Positions 1 through 9,171 of a DNA stretch of 64,000 nucleotides are shown piece after piece (within the stretch, counting starts at the first letter, position 1; every line of letters begins with the position of its first letter). The stretch is from Desulfobulbaceae bacterium (lineage in GTDB: Bacteria; Desulfobacterota; Desulfobulbia; Desulfobulbales; Desulfobulbaceae). The stretch is taken from the NCBI GenBank assembly GCA_012744275.1, contig JAAYIE010000003.1, positions 795 through 64,794 on the forward strand, written 5' to 3'. The notes below the pieces were generated by a model. The model was not told where the DNA came from. It saw only the letters and a program-made list of their open reading frames with translations, and ran no database searches. Both the position numbers and the translations under genes were made by a program.

Positions 1-151
1 GCAGTAGCGAGGTGCAAAAACAGCTCTCCGCCACCAGCTCCCACAGAAGCTCGACCCCGCAGGCAGCCGCTTCCTCGTGTCGACCCGGAGGACCTTTTCG
101 CTGAGGGTGATCCGGGAACCCGTGCGGCTTCTCCCATCTCATCGAACTGCC

Positions 152-517
152 TCATTTGCGTTCTGGCCGGTTGAACTCATAGACCCGTTCGTCTTTTTTC
201 AACAGCCCGTGTTTTTCCCGAGCCACCTTTTCGATATACGCCTCATCCGTCTTTAGGCGCTCGATCTCTTGACGCAGGACAGCGTTATTTTGCTCAAGCT
301 CCAATTTTTTCTGCTTGATCGATGCTAGGTCCTGCTGGGCTTTACGGTAGTACAGGTAGCCGCTACCCGGGGCAAACAGCACCCACGCCAACAAAAGCAG
401 GGCTACTATTCCAGCGGCCAGCCAAAAACCGCTGCGCGAGGTCAGTCTGCTCTGCTGCCGACGTGGTGCAGCATGCGATACGCCCGAGGCAGTTCGCTTT
501 TTTTTAAACCATTGCAC
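152..517 (-). CDS. ftsB: Septum formation initiator, FtsB/DivIC family
   Basis: 121-aa ORF with a basic N-terminus, one TM helix (FWLAAGIVALLLLAWVLF) and a coiled coil (LELEQNNAVLRQEIERLKTDEAYIEKVAREKHGL). GTG start at 517 with GGAG 6 nt upstream. Confidence 0.75.
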   Translation of the reverse strand: MQWFKKKRTASGVSHAAPRRQQSRLTSRSGFWLAAGIVALLLLAWVLFAPGSGYLYYRKAQQDLASIKQKKLELEQNNAVLRQEIERLKTDEAYIEKVAREKHGLLKKDERVYEFNRPERK

Positions 518-528
518 TAAAATCTCCT

Positions 529-942
529 ATGGCACCCAAGCCTTTTTGTCTGGTCAGCGCCTGTCTGCTTGGTCTGTGTACCCGTTACGACGGAAAAAGC
601 AAACAAAACGAAGCGTGCCGCCCTCTGCTCAATCAGTACCGGTATATCCCCATATGCCCGGAACAACTCGGCGGTCTCCCCACACCCCGACCTCCAGCCT
701 CGCTTGTCGGCGGGGATGGCCACGCCGTGCTGGATGGCCATGCCCGGGTACTGGACATTCATGGTCGCGATCTCAGCGCAGCCTTTATCCGTGGAGCCAG
801 CATGGTACTTGCCATTGCCCGCATGCAGGGGCTGCAGGTGGCCCTGCTCAAATCGAACAGCCCGTCCTGCGGCTGCACGCCGATTACCGGAGTGTGCGCT
901 GCCTTGCTTGAACGAGAAGGCATTGTCCTCCAGGAGTATTAA
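529..942 (+). CDS. DUF523 family protein (YbbK/TudS-like Cys-rich protein)
   Basis: 137 aa. N-terminal 'LVSACLLGLCTRYDG' and C-terminal 'KSNSPSCG' Cys motifs are typical of DUF523. Confidence 0.7.
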   Translation: MAPKPFCLVSACLLGLCTRYDGKSKQNEACRPLLNQYRYIPICPEQLGGLPTPRPPASLVGGDGHAVLDGHARVLDIHGRDLSAAFIRGASMVLAIARMQGLQVALLKSNSPSCGCTPITGVCAALLEREGIVLQEY

Positions 943-971
943 AACCCGCACGGACGACCTGCGGCACGGCC

Positions 972-1697
972 TTATATTTCTTCTTCCGGCGCAGCAGCTT
1001 TATCCAGCCTAAACAGACGAATCATGGCTATGCCCGCCTCATACAGCAAGTACAGGGGAACACCCATCAAACCCATATTGACCACATCCGGAGTTGGTGT
1101 CAATACTGCAGCTAGGATGGCTATCGCCAGAATTGCATAGCGGCGGTTGCGCTCAAAGGCTCTGCGACTGATGAGGCCGACACGCGTACAGAAAATCATA
1201 AAAACCGGCAGCTCAAACACCAGGCCAAAGGCCAGCACAAAAAGGGAAATAAAATTGGTGAAACGGTGTATCGAAATAACCGCCTGCAGCGTCTTCCCTT
1301 CAAAACCAAGCAGAAACTGAATACCAAAAGGCAGGGTCAGCAGGTAACAGAAAAGGGTACCAATGTAAAAGAGCAGGCAGGTGGCCACTACAAAGATAGC
1401 GTGCTGCCTGCGACTCAATGCAAAAGGTGCGCCCAGGGCACGCCACAATGCGTGCAAAAAAAGGGGCATCAACAGGTAGATTGCGGCGAAAAAAGCCAGT
1501 TTGACATGGGCGAGAAAGGGTTCGGCCACTGAAAAAAAATGCAGCTGACCACCGATATGGTGCTGCAGAACAACGAGCAAACGCCCTGACAGGAGAAACA
1601 GAAGCAGCGTTAAGCCGATTAGCGAGGCTCCAAGCAGTCTGATCGATTGCCTGAGTTCAGTAAGAAAAAGTACAATCGCGCTCCGGTTGATATGCAT
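972..1697 (-). CDS. tatC: Twin-arginine translocase subunit TatC
   Basis: 241 aa, about six hydrophobic segments, with TatC-like stretches (FELPVFMIFCTRVGLISRRAFERNRRYAILAIAILAAVLTPTPDVVNM). Confidence 0.85.
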   Translation of the reverse strand: MHINRSAIVLFLTELRQSIRLLGASLIGLTLLLFLLSGRLLVVLQHHIGGQLHFFSVAEPFLAHVKLAFFAAIYLLMPLFLHALWRALGAPFALSRRQHAIFVVATCLLFYIGTLFCYLLTLPFGIQFLLGFEGKTLQAVISIHRFTNFISLFVLAFGLVFELPVFMIFCTRVGLISRRAFERNRRYAILAIAILAAVLTPTPDVVNMGLMGVPLYLLYEAGIAMIRLFRLDKAAAPEEEI

Positions 1698-2094
1698 AGA
1701 CTGGGTGTATTCTTATGGCGAAATGATGCCTGCCAAAATGAGGCAAGGGAAATGCGAGGCGGGTGTGCACCAGCGTACCCCGGGCGCCTCATTCAAAGTC
1801 GGCACAAAGAGCGCTTTGATATGAGATTAGAATCGTCTGGAAGGTAACAAATGCGTCCCTGCTATGCAAGCGCTCCGAGCTTTTAAATGTCGCAAATCCT
1901 GCCCAGTTACTGGCTACCGGCTTCAACCCGGTCCCTTCGGCCTCCTTGATACTATACAGCCACTTTCTCTGCCACAGAACCAGTGCGTAAACCGGCAATA
2001 CGCCTTGCGCTCCAATCTGTACCGTGCTAATTTTCAAGTGAGTCACAGTATACGTATCAACACCTCTCCACCCTCCACTGAACCTCCCGATCCC

Positions 2095-3378
2095 ATGCTT
2101 GAATTACGCTTTGTCCGTGAAAATATGGAGTTGGTACAACAAAAATGCCAGCTCCGCCAAGTTGACCCCACCCTGCTTAAACGCTTCAGCCAAACGGATA
2201 ACCAGCGCCTTGAACTGCTGGCCCAAGTGGAGGCCCTAAAAAATCAACGCAACACTGTTTCCAAGGAAATAGCGCGCTTGAAAAAAGAGGGTGCGCATGA
2301 TATGGCCGAAGCCCGTATCCAGGAAATGAAGGCAGTATCAGATCAGATCAAGGATCTGGACAACCAGCTGACAGCTGCTGAAGCAGAGTTGCAGGCTGTG
2401 ATTTTGGCTATTCCCAACCTGTGTGACGACAGTGTGCCCGCCGGCGCAAGCGATGCGGACAACGTTGAAATCAAGCGTTGGGGTGCACCCAGATCCTTCA
2501 CCTTTGAGCCACTCCCCCACTGGGAACTGGGCGAGAGGCTCGGCATTCTTGACTTTGAAACCGCCGCCCGGCTGTCTGGCGCCCGTTTTGCCGTGCTCAG
2601 GGGTTTCGGAGCACGGCTTTCCAGGGCGCTGGTCAACTTCTTTCTCGATCTGCACACCCAACGCCATGGCTACAGCGAGGTTCTACCACCCTTCTTGGTC
2701 AACTCCGCCGCCATGACCGGCACAGGCCAGTTGCCCAAATTCGGCGAAGATTCGTTCCGCATCGAAGGCTGGGACCTCTGGCTCATCCCCACTGCCGAAG
2801 TACCGGTCACCAACCTACACGCCGACCAGACCCTGACGGAAGAAGAGCTGCCGCTCAAATACACGGCCTACACGCCCTGCTTCCGCTCCGAGGCAGGCTC
2901 CTATGGCAAGGACACCCGCGGCCTCATTCGCCAGCACCAGTTTGAAAAGGTGGAGCTGGTGAAATTCACCACACCAGAGGAATCGGCCAAGGAGCTGGAG
3001 TTACTTTTGGCCGATGCGGAAGAGGTATTGCAACTGCTGGAACTACCCTATCGGGTGGTCAGCCTGTGCGCAGGTGATCTCGGTTTTTCTGCGGCAAAGA
3101 CCTATGATATCGAGGTCTGGCTGCCGAGCCAGAACACCTTTCGCGAAATATCCTCCTGCTCAAATTTTCTTGACTTTCAGGCCAGGCGAGCCGGTATCCG
3201 TTATCGCCCCAAAAGCGGACAAAAAAGCAGGCTGGTGCATACCTTAAACGGTTCAGGCTTGGCCGTAGGCCGCACCCTGCTTGCCATTATAGAAAACTAT
3301 CAGCAGGCCGACGGTAGCATCGCCCTGCCCAAGGTGTTGGCTCCCTACTTTACCGACCGCTTCGGATCGGAAAGCTAA
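2095..3378 (+). CDS. serS: Seryl-tRNA synthetase
   Basis: N-terminal coiled-coil arm ([17 protein letters not shown]...) and class II motifs ([12 protein letters not shown]; [25 protein letters not shown]; [19 protein letters not shown]). The track ORF starts at 1864; I trimmed it to the ATG at 2095. Confidence 0.95.
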   Translation: MLELRFVRENMELVQQKCQLRQVDPTLLKRFSQTDNQRLELLAQVEALKNQRNTVSKEIARLKKEGAHDMAEARIQEMKAVSDQIKDLDNQLTAAEAELQAVILAIPNLCDDSVPAGASDADNVEIKRWGAPRSFTFEPLPHWELGERLGILDFETAARLSGARFAVLRGFGARLSRALVNFFLDLHTQRHGYSEVLPPFLVNSAAMTGTGQLPKFGEDSFRIEGWDLWLIPTAEVPVTNLHADQTLTEEELPLKYTAYTPCFRSEAGSYGKDTRGLIRQHQFEKVELVKFTTPEESAKELELLLADAEEVLQLLELPYRVVSLCAGDLGFSAAKTYDIEVWLPSQNTFREISSCSNFLDFQARRAGIRYRPKSGQKSRLVHTLNGSGLAVGRTLLAIIENYQQADGSIALPKVLAPYFTDRFGSES

Positions 3379-3392
3379 TTCCCAAAATTCCG

Positions 3393-4346
3393 CTATTCAG
3401 TTGACCTTTTGCGCCCTTGCAGCGCCAGTTCAATCAGGCTGTCGAGCAGCACCGGGAAAGGATAGCCGGCAGCGGCCGCAGCCTGGGGAAACAGGCTGGT
3501 AGGGGTCATGCCGGGGATAGTATTGGTTTCCAGCAGGTAGAGCTTATTGTCGCCAGACGACAGTATCATATCGGTTCGGCTATAGCCCCTGAGCCCCAAA
3601 CAGCGGTGCGCACGCAGGGCATATTCTTGTGCCTGTACACGGACAGACTCATCTACCTCTGCCGGGCAGATTTCTTTGCTGGCCCCTGGCTGATATTTGG
3701 CCTCGTAGTTAAAGAAATCGTAGCGGCTATCCGGGATAATCTCAATGAGTGGCAAGGCTCGCAAGTCTTGATTGCCGAGCACAGATGCCGTTAGTTCACG
3801 GCCCTGGATGTATCCCTCCACCATCACCTGATCGTCATGCTTGAAAGCAAGGGCAAGCGCTGGCCCCAACGCTTCAACCGAACGTACAATCGACATACCG
3901 ATGGATGAGCCCTGGCGGACAGGTTTGACCACACAGGGCAGCCTCACTCCACTGACCAGACGGGCAGGGTCAGCAATATCTGCCTTGGCCGCCATCAGCC
4001 AGGGTGCCACTGGCAACCCCTCTATCCGGTACAGGGTCTTGGCCAGATTCTTGTCCATGGCGGTAGCGCTCCCCAATACGCCCGCACCCTGGTAAGGTAT
4101 GCCGAGCAGGTCAAGGAAGCCCTGAATGGTACCGTCTTCACCGTACAGACCATGCAGCAGTATAAAAGCTGCGTCGAGCTGTTCCGCATCTGCGGCCAGG
4201 CGGGCAAGATCAATGGCAGGGTCGTAGCGGATAACAGCATATTTCTCGGGATCAAGCGCAGCCTCCACCCCGGCTGCACCCTTTAACGAAACCTCCCGCT
4301 CATCCGACTTCCCGCCCGCAATAAGAGCTAAACGAATTTTTTTCAT
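3393..4346 (-). CDS. ddl: D-alanine--D-alanine ligase
   Basis: 317 aa with an ATP-grasp Ddl pattern (MKKIRLALIAGGKSDEREVSLKG..., ILLHGLYGEDGTIQGFLDLLGIPYQG, ...YLLETNTIPGMT). GGAG precedes the ATG. Confidence 0.92.
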   Translation of the reverse strand: MKKIRLALIAGGKSDEREVSLKGAAGVEAALDPEKYAVIRYDPAIDLARLAADAEQLDAAFILLHGLYGEDGTIQGFLDLLGIPYQGAGVLGSATAMDKNLAKTLYRIEGLPVAPWLMAAKADIADPARLVSGVRLPCVVKPVRQGSSIGMSIVRSVEALGPALALAFKHDDQVMVEGYIQGRELTASVLGNQDLRALPLIEIIPDSRYDFFNYEAKYQPGASKEICPAEVDESVRVQAQEYALRAHRCLGLRGYSRTDMILSSGDNKLYLLETNTIPGMTPTSLFPQAAAAAGYPFPVLLDSLIELALQGRKRSTE

Positions 4347-4446
4347 GTGTTCTCCTTCAATTGAATTCCACGATTAGGAAACATCGGCCGAACGCACAGA
4401 TACAAACAAGGCCGACCAAGCTTCCCAGATTCCGGCAGGCTCGCCA

Positions 4447-5673
4447 CTACCCCTTAGGGTTTCCCTGTGCATCTGCCCTGTTCTCAGAACCTGGGCCTGG
4501 CAGGATTGCATGCAAAAACCAGAGAAAAAGCGCCACTGTTGCCACCAGCAGGACCATTAGGGCCAGTACCTGCTGTTTATCCTGCCAGTCATGGGAAAAT
4601 ATCCAGATGCCACTGGCTCCCACAACAAAATAAAAAAACACCATCAATGAAGAGGCCGAGCCCACATCAGTGCTCACCTCTTCCAAGATAAGATTGTTTC
4701 CCGCAGGCCTGCAAAAGGAGAAGCAGAAGGTGGTCCAGAGCATGGGCAAAGCCAAACGCCAGGGCAGGGGCAGTATCGGCAACAGTAGCGCCAGCCCCCC
4801 CATCAACATACCGCAAAAGGCGAGCGGAATTAGGAGCCGCACGCTGTGGTGACGCGACACCCGTGAAAAGGTAAGGGGAGCCAAGATAAAGGCCATTGAG
4901 TTGAAGGCAAAAAAATAACTGTACCCTTGCGCGCTATAGCCCATGATGTTCATATACAGGTCGGCTGAGCCACCGATAAAAGCAAAAAGCGGCATGCCGA
5001 TCAGGGAGAAAAGGAGCAATTGGCGCACATAGCCCTGGTTGGTCAGCAGACGTGCATAACCTATAAAAACTGAAAGCAGCCCGGCCGTGCTCTTTCCGGG
5101 CAGGGTTTCCCGCATGAAGTAAACGCCGACCAGGGCCAGGCAACCCAAACCTGCCTGGAGCACAAAAATCCAGTGCCAGGTTAAAAATTTGAGGATCCAC
5201 CCACCCAGCATCGGCGCCAGCAAAGGTGCCGTAGCCACGATTGCGCCAATCTGCACAAATACCTTTTGCCGCATGATCCCACTGAAGCGATCCTTGCTGG
5301 TGGCAAAGACCACCGCTGAGGCAGCGGAAGAGCCAGCCCCTTGTAGGAAACGACCGAGAGCCATCGTCTCCACATTGACCGACATGGCACACAGAACCGA
5401 TGCTGCAATAAAGACTGTAATACCAACGGTGAGGGGCGGTTTTCTGCCAAAGCGGTCAGACAAGGGGCCGTGGATCAGCAAAAAACAGCAGTAGGAAATA
5501 AAAAAAGCCACCAGAGTCAAATTGACTCTGGCAAAGGAAACGCCCCATTCATGCTGCAACTGTGGCAGGGCAGGCAAATACATGTCGGTGGCCAGCGGCG
5601 GAAAAGCTGACAGGAGCGACAGCAACAGGATTATGGGTGGAAAACGCCGGCGCAGTCCAGCAAAGCTCTTCAT
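4447..5673 (-). CDS. MFS transporter, Bcr/CflA drug-resistance subfamily
   Basis: 408 aa, about 12 TM segments. N-terminal 'ATDMYLPALPQLQHEWGVS...GPLSDRFGRKP' is typical of Bcr/CflA exporters. Confidence 0.8.
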   Translation of the reverse strand: MKSFAGLRRRFPPIILLLSLLSAFPPLATDMYLPALPQLQHEWGVSFARVNLTLVAFFISYCCFLLIHGPLSDRFGRKPPLTVGITVFIAASVLCAMSVNVETMALGRFLQGAGSSAASAVVFATSKDRFSGIMRQKVFVQIGAIVATAPLLAPMLGGWILKFLTWHWIFVLQAGLGCLALVGVYFMRETLPGKSTAGLLSVFIGYARLLTNQGYVRQLLLFSLIGMPLFAFIGGSADLYMNIMGYSAQGYSYFFAFNSMAFILAPLTFSRVSRHHSVRLLIPLAFCGMLMGGLALLLPILPLPWRLALPMLWTTFCFSFCRPAGNNLILEEVSTDVGSASSLMVFFYFVVGASGIWIFSHDWQDKQQVLALMVLLVATVALFLWFLHAILPGPGSENRADAQGNPKG

Positions 5674-5707
5674 ACGGAGTTCAACCTGTGGTGCACGGCC
5701 AATATAT

Positions 5708-7204
5708 TTACTGCTGTGAAGAAGGTTCTACCTGCTGGAATGGCGGCAGGGGCAGGGTAACGGTAAAGCAGCTACCAGCACCCACCAAGCTTGCCACTTC
5801 AATTGTGCCGCCATGTTTTTCGACTATACTGCGAACAATAGCCAAACCCAACCCGGTACCGCGATTTTTATCGGTGTAAAACGGCGTGAAAATCTGACTC
5901 AAGGCCTCGGGACCAATACCGCACCCAGTATCGGTAATGGAGAGGGAGACACCGTCACCATCGGGCGCAGGCTGAGTTTCCAGATGCAATCGCCCACCCT
6001 GCGGCATGGCCTGGATTGCGTTGAAAATGATATTGAACACCACCTGATAGATATGCTCACTATCAAGGAGAACTTCTGGGAGATTCGGCGCAAATACCGT
6101 TTCGACCTCAATGCCCTTGCGCTGCAACTCCGAATTGAGAAAACTCAGTGCCCGTTCCGCCGGAGCCTGCACCGGCGTCAAAGTCATTTTTGCCTCGCGG
6201 GGACGGGCAAAATCCAAAAACTCCCGGACAATGCCATCAAGGCGGGTGGTTTCTTCCACAATAATACTGGCTAGGCGTTCATTGCCCGGAGCAATCTTGC
6301 CGATGCGTCCTGCAAGTATTTCCGCGGTTGAGCGAACAATACCCAGGGGATTTTTTATTTCATGGGAGACCGAGGCCACCATCTTACCAAGTGAGGCCAG
6401 ACGCTGCGCTTCGTTAAGTTCTTCCTCAAGCCGGATCCGCTCACTTGCACGGCGTGCCATGATGCGGTTCGCTTTGACCACAATCATGCTCAAAATCGCA
6501 AAAAGTAGTGACATGATGGCAAGCGAGAGCACAATCACCCTGGCCTGCAAAACGATGATGGCGTGCAGATCCTCAGAAATATCCTGCTCCACTTCGATAA
6601 CGCCCATGATATCATCCGTCTGCTCGGCCAGACGGGTTTCCTGGCGGAAGGGCACGTAGGTTTTCATGCTGCAGAAAATGGCGTCACTGCCCGGAAGCAA
6701 GCTTAAAATGGAGCCGCTTGAAATCACTACAGAATTTTTCTCACCACGGGCAGCCTTACTATACTCCAACCCGCCAAGACCGCGTCTGCCCATCAAGGAC
6801 TGCATGGTGGAGTAGGCTACAATGTTGTCCACCGAATCGTAGATGGTCACTTCTTTGATATTCATGCCGCGGGTCAGATTTTTGACGATTTGATCCAGGC
6901 GCTCATACTGATTCTGGTTGGAAATGGCAATGCGGCCATAGCGCACCACTGTGGGCAGCACAAACTGGACAAAGACCTGCCGGTTGAGGTTATCGGCAAA
7001 CAGTTGAGAATAGGCTTCACTGCGTCTGAGCAGGGTATTACGGGCATTATCGGCGATCAGCCACGACAGGGCAAAAGCAGCCAGCAGAATGATGACAAAG
7101 GAACTGAAGGCGAAATATTTTACCAGCTCAAAGGGGAAGAGACTGTCGTCCATGCCCCGATTTTTCAAGATGCGTGCAAGCTTGCGGAGACTAAATTTCG
7201 GCAT
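5708..7204 (-). CDS. Sensor histidine kinase (two TM segments, extracytoplasmic sensor, HisKA + HATPase_c)
   Basis: H-box SHEIKNPLG, N-box FNIIFNAIQAM, G1 DTGCGI, G2 GTGLGLAI. Start trimmed to the ATG at 7204 (MPKFSLRKL...), which overlaps the upstream radical-SAM stop by 14 nt. Confidence 0.85.
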   Translation of the reverse strand: MPKFSLRKLARILKNRGMDDSLFPFELVKYFAFSSFVIILLAAFALSWLIADNARNTLLRRSEAYSQLFADNLNRQVFVQFVLPTVVRYGRIAISNQNQYERLDQIVKNLTRGMNIKEVTIYDSVDNIVAYSTMQSLMGRRGLGGLEYSKAARGEKNSVVISSGSILSLLPGSDAIFCSMKTYVPFRQETRLAEQTDDIMGVIEVEQDISEDLHAIIVLQARVIVLSLAIMSLLFAILSMIVVKANRIMARRASERIRLEEELNEAQRLASLGKMVASVSHEIKNPLGIVRSTAEILAGRIGKIAPGNERLASIIVEETTRLDGIVREFLDFARPREAKMTLTPVQAPAERALSFLNSELQRKGIEVETVFAPNLPEVLLDSEHIYQVVFNIIFNAIQAMPQGGRLHLETQPAPDGDGVSLSITDTGCGIGPEALSQIFTPFYTDKNRGTGLGLAIVRSIVEKHGGTIEVASLVGAGSCFTVTLPLPPFQQVEPSSQQ

Positions 7205-8966
7205 GGCAGACACCGCAAAGACGGCAGCGTTCAGGTTCGCAAGGCGAAGTGGCAAGGCCGCGCATGGCCCGCTCATATTCCTGCCACATATACCCAGACC
7301 TGAAACCATGGTCAACCACATCCCATGGAAAGAGTTCATCCTGGGTACGCTGTCGAAACGCATAATCCCAGCTGGCGAATCCTGCCCTGCCCTGATCAAG
7401 ATACTTTTTCATCGCCATTTTCAAAGACAGCCTGCCTGTACCGCGCGCCAGCAGTACCGGTGCAATACGACGGTCCGCCTTGGCATAAACTGCCTGCTCC
7501 AGGGCCTGCTCCGGGCTGTCGCAGATGAAGTGCAGATTCGCTTCGTTTTTGAGGAGCCTGCGCAACAGCCTGGTTTTTTCCTTGAGCGAGTTCAAGACAG
7601 ATCGCATCTGTTCCTCGGGGTTAAGACCCTTCAAAAGATCGAATGGAAGGCCGCCAAAAGAGCAGTATTGAAAAGGTGTCCAGGCCTTCGGCACGAAACA
7701 GTTGAGCGAGAGAGTGAGTTCGGTCACCCGGCCACGTGCCCGGCCCAGGGGCAGGATGGCTGCCCGAATCGAACGGATGAGCTCGGCAAATTCAACAAAA
7801 TCGGCATCTGTTTCTCCGGGCAGACCGATCATCAGATAGATTTTCAGGTGAAAAATCCCGGCTTCAACTAAGGAAATCGCAGCATGGTGCAAATCCTGGG
7901 CGCTGATATTTTTGTTGATAATGCGGCGCAGGCGCTCAGATGCACCATCTGCGGCAATTGCAGCACTTTTCAGGGCGGATTGTTCAAGAATGGACAAAAG
8001 TTGAGGCGAAATCCGGTCTGCCCGCAACGAGGAAAAGCTGAGCAAACACCCTGTGTTCAACAGAGTTTCGGCAAAATGGGCTGTGTCCGAATCAGAGCTC
8101 ATCTCCATCCCCAAAAGGCCAATGCGTTGCACCTCCCCAGGACGCTCAGCTAAGGCCCTGCCCACCGCCTCCTGCGACCAGAGCCGTGGTGGACGATACA
8201 CATAACCAGCAGCACAAAAACGGCAGGCACGACTGCAGCCACGTCCGAGTTCCACCATGTGCATGTCCAGTTCGGCCCGGGGAGTGTGCAGGAGGGAGTG
8301 ACCTGCGGTGTCCGTTGTGGCGACAATAGCCTTACCGATCCTTGCGGGTAGCCCTGCAGCTGCGCTTATGCGTATCAAGCTGCCGCTGTCATTGCGGTGG
8401 AAGTGGTACAGGGCCGGGGCATAGCAGCCTGTAGTGCTGGATGCAGCCTGGCGGCACAATTCCAGGCGCGTGGATGAAGGCCAGCCCTTAAGCAGAGCCA
8501 AAAGTTGCGGCAAAATGGCTTCTGCCTCGCCGATCGCAATGAGATCAGCAAAGGCTGCCAGGGGTTCCGGGTTGATGAACATGGCTACCCCACCAATCAG
8601 CACCAAGGGCATGCCGGGTTGGATCTCGCTTTTCCGATCGGCCACCAGAGGCGGCACAGCCCCGGCTGCGAGCATGGCGGCCAGACGGGGATAGTCGTGC
8701 TCGAAGCTGATGGAAGCAAAAACGAGGGGAAAGTCGGTCAGAGGTCTGGAGGATTCCAGGGATCGAAAGGGCGCTGCGGTATCAGCAGGGTACACAAAAC
8801 GTTCGCAAACCACATCATCATGGTCATTGAGCGCACCATAGACCAACTGGAAACCCAGGTTGGACACGGCCACATGATACAGATTCGGGTAGAGCAGGGC
8901 TATTGGCAGGCGGCCTGTCCATTTTTTCCGGATGGTTCCGGTTTCTTCACTTAAAAAAGTGGACAC
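7191..8966 (-). CDS. Radical SAM protein with B12-binding-like N-terminal domain (TIGR03960-like family, hedged)
   Basis: CxxxCxxC cluster motif GCSRACRFCAAGYVYRPPR and an N-terminal 'LLYPNLYHVAVSNLGFQLVY'. The start is uncertain: the track uses the TTG at 9023, but the GTG at 8966 has AGGAG 10 nt upstream. Confidence 0.75.
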   Translation of the reverse strand: MSTFLSEETGTIRKKWTGRLPIALLYPNLYHVAVSNLGFQLVYGALNDHDDVVCERFVYPADTAAPFRSLESSRPLTDFPLVFASISFEHDYPRLAAMLAAGAVPPLVADRKSEIQPGMPLVLIGGVAMFINPEPLAAFADLIAIGEAEAILPQLLALLKGWPSSTRLELCRQAASSTTGCYAPALYHFHRNDSGSLIRISAAAGLPARIGKAIVATTDTAGHSLLHTPRAELDMHMVELGRGCSRACRFCAAGYVYRPPRLWSQEAVGRALAERPGEVQRIGLLGMEMSSDSDTAHFAETLLNTGCLLSFSSLRADRISPQLLSILEQSALKSAAIAADGASERLRRIINKNISAQDLHHAAISLVEAGIFHLKIYLMIGLPGETDADFVEFAELIRSIRAAILPLGRARGRVTELTLSLNCFVPKAWTPFQYCSFGGLPFDLLKGLNPEEQMRSVLNSLKEKTRLLRRLLKNEANLHFICDSPEQALEQAVYAKADRRIAPVLLARGTGRLSLKMAMKKYLDQGRAGFASWDYAFRQRTQDELFPWDVVDHGFRSGYMWQEYERAMRGLATSPCEPERCRLCGVCHAEI

Positions 8967-9171
8967 GTGGCAGTATCTCCTGCCGTAGAAGGGGCAGGTG
9001 TAAAAGAGCGGATCACTCGGCAAGCATGCCCGGACCCGATGACTCTAACCAACAGAAAATGGGCAGAAAAAGAAAAACGACCAAGCAGCACGAACCACTC
9101 AGGAGCAACCGGGGTATGGGCCCTGCGTCCGCACCCCGGTTGAAAAACGATGTGTTTACGATGCTGTCGAC

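Noticed and set aside
1-151. Possible start of a minus-strand gene downstream of ftsB, or the 3' end of a plus-strand gene.
   Set aside because: The translations in all frames are short and unrecognisable (e.g. MRWEKPHGFPDHPQRKG...). There is too little sequence to call anything.
505-535. The ftsB (GTG at 517, minus strand) and DUF523 (ATG at 529, plus strand) start codons are head-to-head, only 11 bp apart. The ftsB SD lies on top of the DUF523 start.
   Set aside because: This is real in the sequence but probably just compact gene packing. The DUF523 start lacks an SD and could lie further downstream. Not enough to propose a regulatory mechanism.
1750-1800. Possible T-box leader for serS (GGGTG...TACC-like string).
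   Set aside because: It does not match the conserved T-box 14-mer (GGGTGGTACCGCG). It lies about 300 nt from the serS ATG with no terminator or antiterminator next to the start.
1916-1932. tRNA T-arm-like hairpin, ACCGG-cttcaac-CCGGT (GGTTGAAGCC on the minus strand).
   Set aside because: The loop lacks the TTCRANY consensus. No acceptor, D or anticodon arms could be built around it.
9107-9141. 9-bp-stem hairpin AACCGGGGT...ACCCCGGTT between ftsZ and the radical-SAM gene, a possible terminator.
   Set aside because: No U-tract follows it on the minus (transcribed) strand; the T-run precedes it. I cannot support an intrinsic terminator call, though it may still be a processing or pause element.
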